Part shown: one piece after another, positions 4,109 through 6,720 of the stretch
How positions within the stretch are numbered: position 1 is the first letter of the stretch
How the letters are laid out: every line of letters starts with the position of its first letter
Source: a virus
DNA length: 6,720 nt
IMG/VR virus record: IMGVR_UViG_3300029856_000098
Span: 1 to 6,720 of that record
Strand: one strand, 5' to 3'
Program-made: the position numbers and the translations under genes
The notes under the pieces: model-generated
Seen by the model: only the letters and a program-made list of their open reading frames with translations
Databases searched by the model: none
What the model was told of the DNA's origin: nothing

Positions 4109-6370
4109 TTATTCAATATGAGGTATAGAGTTACGAGGAATAGTAGTCTTCTTAGTAATATCAAAAGCAATACTACCTAAAATCTTATCACCATTTTCAG
4201 CAGTCATAGCAAATACGTCATTAACGTGATCAGGGTTGACAAGAAGAAAATCCTTAGATAATTCAGGAGCTCTATCAAAAACGCGATTAATAACAAAGTT
4301 ACGCATAGAGCCGCGAAACTCGCCATGAACTTCATCGAAAGATGCAATCAAATCCCAATATGCACGTTGATAACCAAATACATTATTGATATTTGCAGGG
4401 TTCACAGCATAAGCCTGATACGGACACAAATGCTTATACAGCATAGGTTGGTAACTGATATTATTAAATTGCGGAAAATGCCAATCCAAAAGATTCATAC
4501 GGGTAAAATGTGGAGGCAACAGTTGCGAATAATTAGCAGCAGGAACAACCGACATAACACCAAGAATATAGCCGTCTTCCGGACAATATTTACGAATAAC
4601 ATGACGCATACCTGATTGCAAGGAACCTTGACCAGCAAAAGCACCTAACGGATTACCCTCTGCAGGTGTAGTTTGAGTTACCTTGTATACAGGTATGGTA
4701 TCAGAAATACCACCAAGGAATTCAGGCATCATAAGTTCATCATAATCTAAGTTAACATCGAAAAGACCTTTAACAAGATTCTTGTAACGCGGAGATTGAC
4801 GAATACGAATTTCAAGAAAACGTTGAAGCGAATTAACGTTACGGAAATCCGAGATAGATATACCCGAAGTAGCCATACCTATAAGGTTTCGTACAACATC
4901 AGCAGGGGCATTGGAAGATTTGACCTGAAAACCTGTAACAGTATCACCATCATCAGCAGTTTCAAGCTGTGCATGATATTCAGTACCAGCAGCATCACGG
5001 AATGTAGCTTCACCGAGAGAAGTAATACCTACAAGAGGAGCAATACCAGCTTGAGGAGACTGTAAAGCAGTAGTGTAAGCATCTGGTTCCCAATTAGCAT
5101 AATGCAACTGATATTTATAACTATCACGTCCACCTTTCACAGAAGGTACATAACGATTGTATTCAGGCTTACCATCTACAATAAACGGATTATTACGAAT
5201 ATCGCGGCCGAAAGCATTGTAATATGCTTCATATGCACGGAAAGGAAGTGCAGACAACGGAATAGGAGGCATTCCAGAAGAAGTATAGAAAGGACAATTA
5301 GCAGCTTCAGGCTTCGTCCACTCAGTCGAAGAAACTGTATAATAAAAATAATTCAAAATATTTATACTATAAATATCTCCCGTTTTAGAGCCTGAGCCAT
5401 GAACATAGGAAATCAAATGCTCTTCATGTACGTATTCACTTTTTACCTTGCGAACATCAACCCAAAATACCAATTGGGTAGTACCAGTAAAATTAGACTT
5501 TGTAGAAGAAACAACGTAATAGTCGCCTTGAATAGAGGCAGTAGTAAAATCAACATACGAAAGCTGCGTAACTATTTCACCGGAATCGTTATAAAATCCT
5601 ATCCAGAACGGACTATTATAATCTGAAAACCACTTGATTGGAAAACGGAACTCAATAACATCAATACCTATTTGCTCAACATCCCAAATATAAGGAACAC
5701 CAAAATAATTGCTTTGATAACCAACAGATGGACCAGCCCAATCATTCGTTACAAAAAGTTGAGATAATGGCTTTTCCGCTTGACGGTGAAAAAAATCAGA
5801 AATAGTAGCATCCGGAGAACCAAAAATCTGACTAGCGGGAAAAACAGGGTTGGCAATAACAGGGTTTGAGGAAATTGCATCCGAAAAAGTCAGACCTTTA
5901 AGACGGTCATAAGATACTTTGTTGCTCTCATATTCACGACCAAAAGAACCAGTAATCGTTGTCGGAACACCGAGATAGTCAGCAAGAGTACCAGTCTGGA
6001 GATCGTCGGGGATATTGAATTGCTGTTTACGACTATCGGTATTACCATCCGCAAGAATATCCATCCAAGGCGGAGTAACGGTTTCGTCACCACCAAAGAA
6101 AGACATCCAATCTTCCCAAAGAGTACGAGTACGAACATAAACGAAGTGTAAACGCACATATAATTGGGTCTGTATAGGGAATACGGTCGGAAGCAATTGC
6201 AAATTGAAACGGGCATTTATCTGAAAGGAATCACCAAATGAAGCAGGAAGCAAGCATACAGGGGTAATTGCTCCAAATTTCATCGTTAAATTGTTCACAA
6301 ACGAAAGATCGAAAGTAGAACGATTGACGCGATCTATATACGAATCTTTTTTACGAAATATATTTGCCAT
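4109..6370 (-). CDS. VP1: Major capsid protein VP1 (F-protein family), unusually long at 753 aa.
   Basis: The N-terminal signature is RSTFDLSFVNNLTMKFGAITPVCLLPASFGDSF...VRTRTLWEDW. Conserved blocks follow: LADYLGVP (aa 129-136), LSALPFRAYEAYYNAFGRD (aa 372-390), ISISDFRNVNSLQRFLE (aa 504-520), and GYILGVMSVVP plus YQRAYWD in the C-terminal part. Confidence 0.95.
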   Translation of the reverse strand: MANIFRKKDSYIDRVNRSTFDLSFVNNLTMKFGAITPVCLLPASFGDSFQINARFNLQLLPTVFPIQTQLYVRLHFVYVRTRTLWEDWMSFFGGDETVTPPWMDILADGNTDSRKQQFNIPDDLQTGTLADYLGVPTTITGSFGREYESNKVSYDRLKGLTFSDAISSNPVIANPVFPASQIFGSPDATISDFFHRQAEKPLSQLFVTNDWAGPSVGYQSNYFGVPYIWDVEQIGIDVIEFRFPIKWFSDYNSPFWIGFYNDSGEIVTQLSYVDFTTASIQGDYYVVSSTKSNFTGTTQLVFWVDVRKVKSEYVHEEHLISYVHGSGSKTGDIYSINILNYFYYTVSSTEWTKPEAANCPFYTSSGMPPIPLSALPFRAYEAYYNAFGRDIRNNPFIVDGKPEYNRYVPSVKGGRDSYKYQLHYANWEPDAYTTALQSPQAGIAPLVGITSLGEATFRDAAGTEYHAQLETADDGDTVTGFQVKSSNAPADVVRNLIGMATSGISISDFRNVNSLQRFLEIRIRQSPRYKNLVKGLFDVNLDYDELMMPEFLGGISDTIPVYKVTQTTPAEGNPLGAFAGQGSLQSGMRHVIRKYCPEDGYILGVMSVVPAANYSQLLPPHFTRMNLLDWHFPQFNNISYQPMLYKHLCPYQAYAVNPANINNVFGYQRAYWDLIASFDEVHGEFRGSMRNFVINRVFDRAPELSKDFLLVNPDHVNDVFAMTAENGDKILGSIAFDITKKTTIPRNSIPHIE

Positions 6371-6372
6371 AA

Positions 6373-6573
6373 TTATAAATTGACATTAATATCAGGAGTT
6401 TTTAAAGTATCTACACGCGTAGTAGTAGACTGTTGCGTGCCTTGAGAGGAATTCTGGTTTTTCCAAAATAAGGACATGGACGCAGTACAGCTATCCAAAA
6501 GAATAGCCGCGGCTACTCCTAAAATGAAAGTAGTCGCATGCTCTATAATTTTATAAATCTGTTGCTTAGTCAT
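6373..6573 (-). CDS. Small secreted or membrane protein of 66 aa, signal-peptide/lipoprotein-like.
   Basis: The product is MTKQQIYKIIEHATTFILGVAAAILLDSCTASMSLFWKNQNSSQGTQQSTTTRVDTLKTPDINVNL. It has a basic n-region, a 14-aa hydrophobic core, then a Cys at position 29, followed by a polar S/T/Q/N-rich tail. I place the start at ATG 6573 rather than the TTG at 6585 used by the ORF track, because ATGACTAA overlaps the upstream stop. The ORF ends 2 nt before VP1. Confidence 0.55.
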   Translation of the reverse strand: MTKQQIYKIIEHATTFILGVAAAILLDSCTASMSLFWKNQNSSQGTQQSTTTRVDTLKTPDINVNL

Positions 6574-6720
6574 CTTCCGGCTCAATTAGATATTGTTCAT
6601 ACATACCATCAGGGAGTTGACGGTCAGTAACAATCAACTGCATGGCAGCAGAAAGGGGAATGTGTTCACGGACTACAACAACAGTCGGTGTTTCTTCCTG
6701 AGTAGACAGAAATTTACGAG
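6566..6720 (-). CDS. C-terminal part of the 74-aa junction-spanning hypothetical protein (5' end cut by the window edge; 6622-6720 duplicates 1-99).
   Basis: This is the same reading frame as feature 1-169, continued across the junction. The stop TAA is at 6568-6566. Confidence 0.55.
   Translation of the reverse strand, partial: RKFLSTQEETPTVVVVREHIPLSAAMQLIVTDRQLPDGMYEQYLIEPEDD
6622..6720. repeat. Terminal redundancy, copy 2 (identical to 1-99).
   Basis: Same exact 99-nt match. The window ends inside the repeat. Confidence 0.97.

Larger units (their letters stand above)
1..6621 (-). mobile_element. Complete circular Microviridae (ssDNA phage) genome unit of 6621 nt. The coding/virion-sense strand is the minus strand of the window. 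Alpavirinae-like, probably associated with Bacteroidetes.
   Basis: The VP1 capsid, VP2 pilot and VP4 HUH-Rep gene set are all on one strand with very compact spacing. An exact 99-nt overlap of the window ends closes the circle. Size and gene content are typical of the family. Confidence 0.9.

Noticed and set aside
472-5626. Plus-strand ORFs inside VP4, VP2 and VP1 (472-759, 1051-1569, 1500-1712, 3088-3378, 4325-4615, 4796-5065, 5102-5395, 5399-5626).
   Set aside because: These are antisense shadow ORFs of well-supported genes, with low-complexity, K/N/I/R-rich translations from the A-rich strand. Microviruses transcribe one strand only.
6574-6585. The TTG start at 6585 used by the ORF track for the 70-aa version of the small membrane protein.
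   Set aside because: The ATG at 6573-6571 overlaps the upstream stop codon (ATGACTAA), the typical coupling arrangement in this genome. The four extra residues from a TTG start are unnecessary.
1-6720. A search for an integrase, transposase, reverse transcriptase, CRISPR repeats, toxin-antitoxin pairs or rRNA/tRNA genes.
   Set aside because: No ORF of suitable size or motif content remains once the microvirus genes are assigned. The only regularly spaced repeat in the window is the three-unit AGAATR hexamer, which is far too short for a CRISPR array.

Overview
The window holds one complete, circularly closed genome of a small ssDNA phage of the family Microviridae. Positions 6622-6720 repeat positions 1-99 exactly, so the unit length is 6621 nt. 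All credible genes lie on the minus strand of the window and are tightly packed, with 2-nt gaps or TAATG/ATGACTAA overlaps. In transcription order they are: a 94-aa orphan ORF with its own promoter, the rolling-circle Rep VP4, three small ORFs of 59, 74 and 66 aa, the major capsid protein VP1 (753 aa), a 103-aa ORF, and the pilot/minor capsid protein VP2. Two of the small ORFs are missing from the supplied ORF track: one is below its apparent length cut-off and one spans the circular junction. A Bacteroidetes-type promoter (TTTG-N20-TATCTTTG), the lack of Shine-Dalgarno sequences and the very large VP1 point to an Alpavirinae-like microvirus of Bacteroidetes. The most interesting part is the single large non-coding region (1762-2295). 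It contains a 10-nt exact match to the phiX174 origin nick sequence on the virion-sense strand, and a 13-bp perfect inverted repeat whose arms resemble the XerD half of a dif site, which may be an attP for integrase-free lysogeny. It also contains a roughly 57% GC hairpin-rich island inside an otherwise AT-rich genome, a row of three back-to-back hairpins, and iteron-like CTACGC repeats. Other points worth a second look are a roughly 230-aa insertion in VP1, a small signal-peptide/lipoprotein-like protein just upstream of VP1 (lysis or exclusion candidate), and the moron-like 94-aa gene. No integrase, reverse transcriptase, CRISPR array, tRNA or rRNA is visible.
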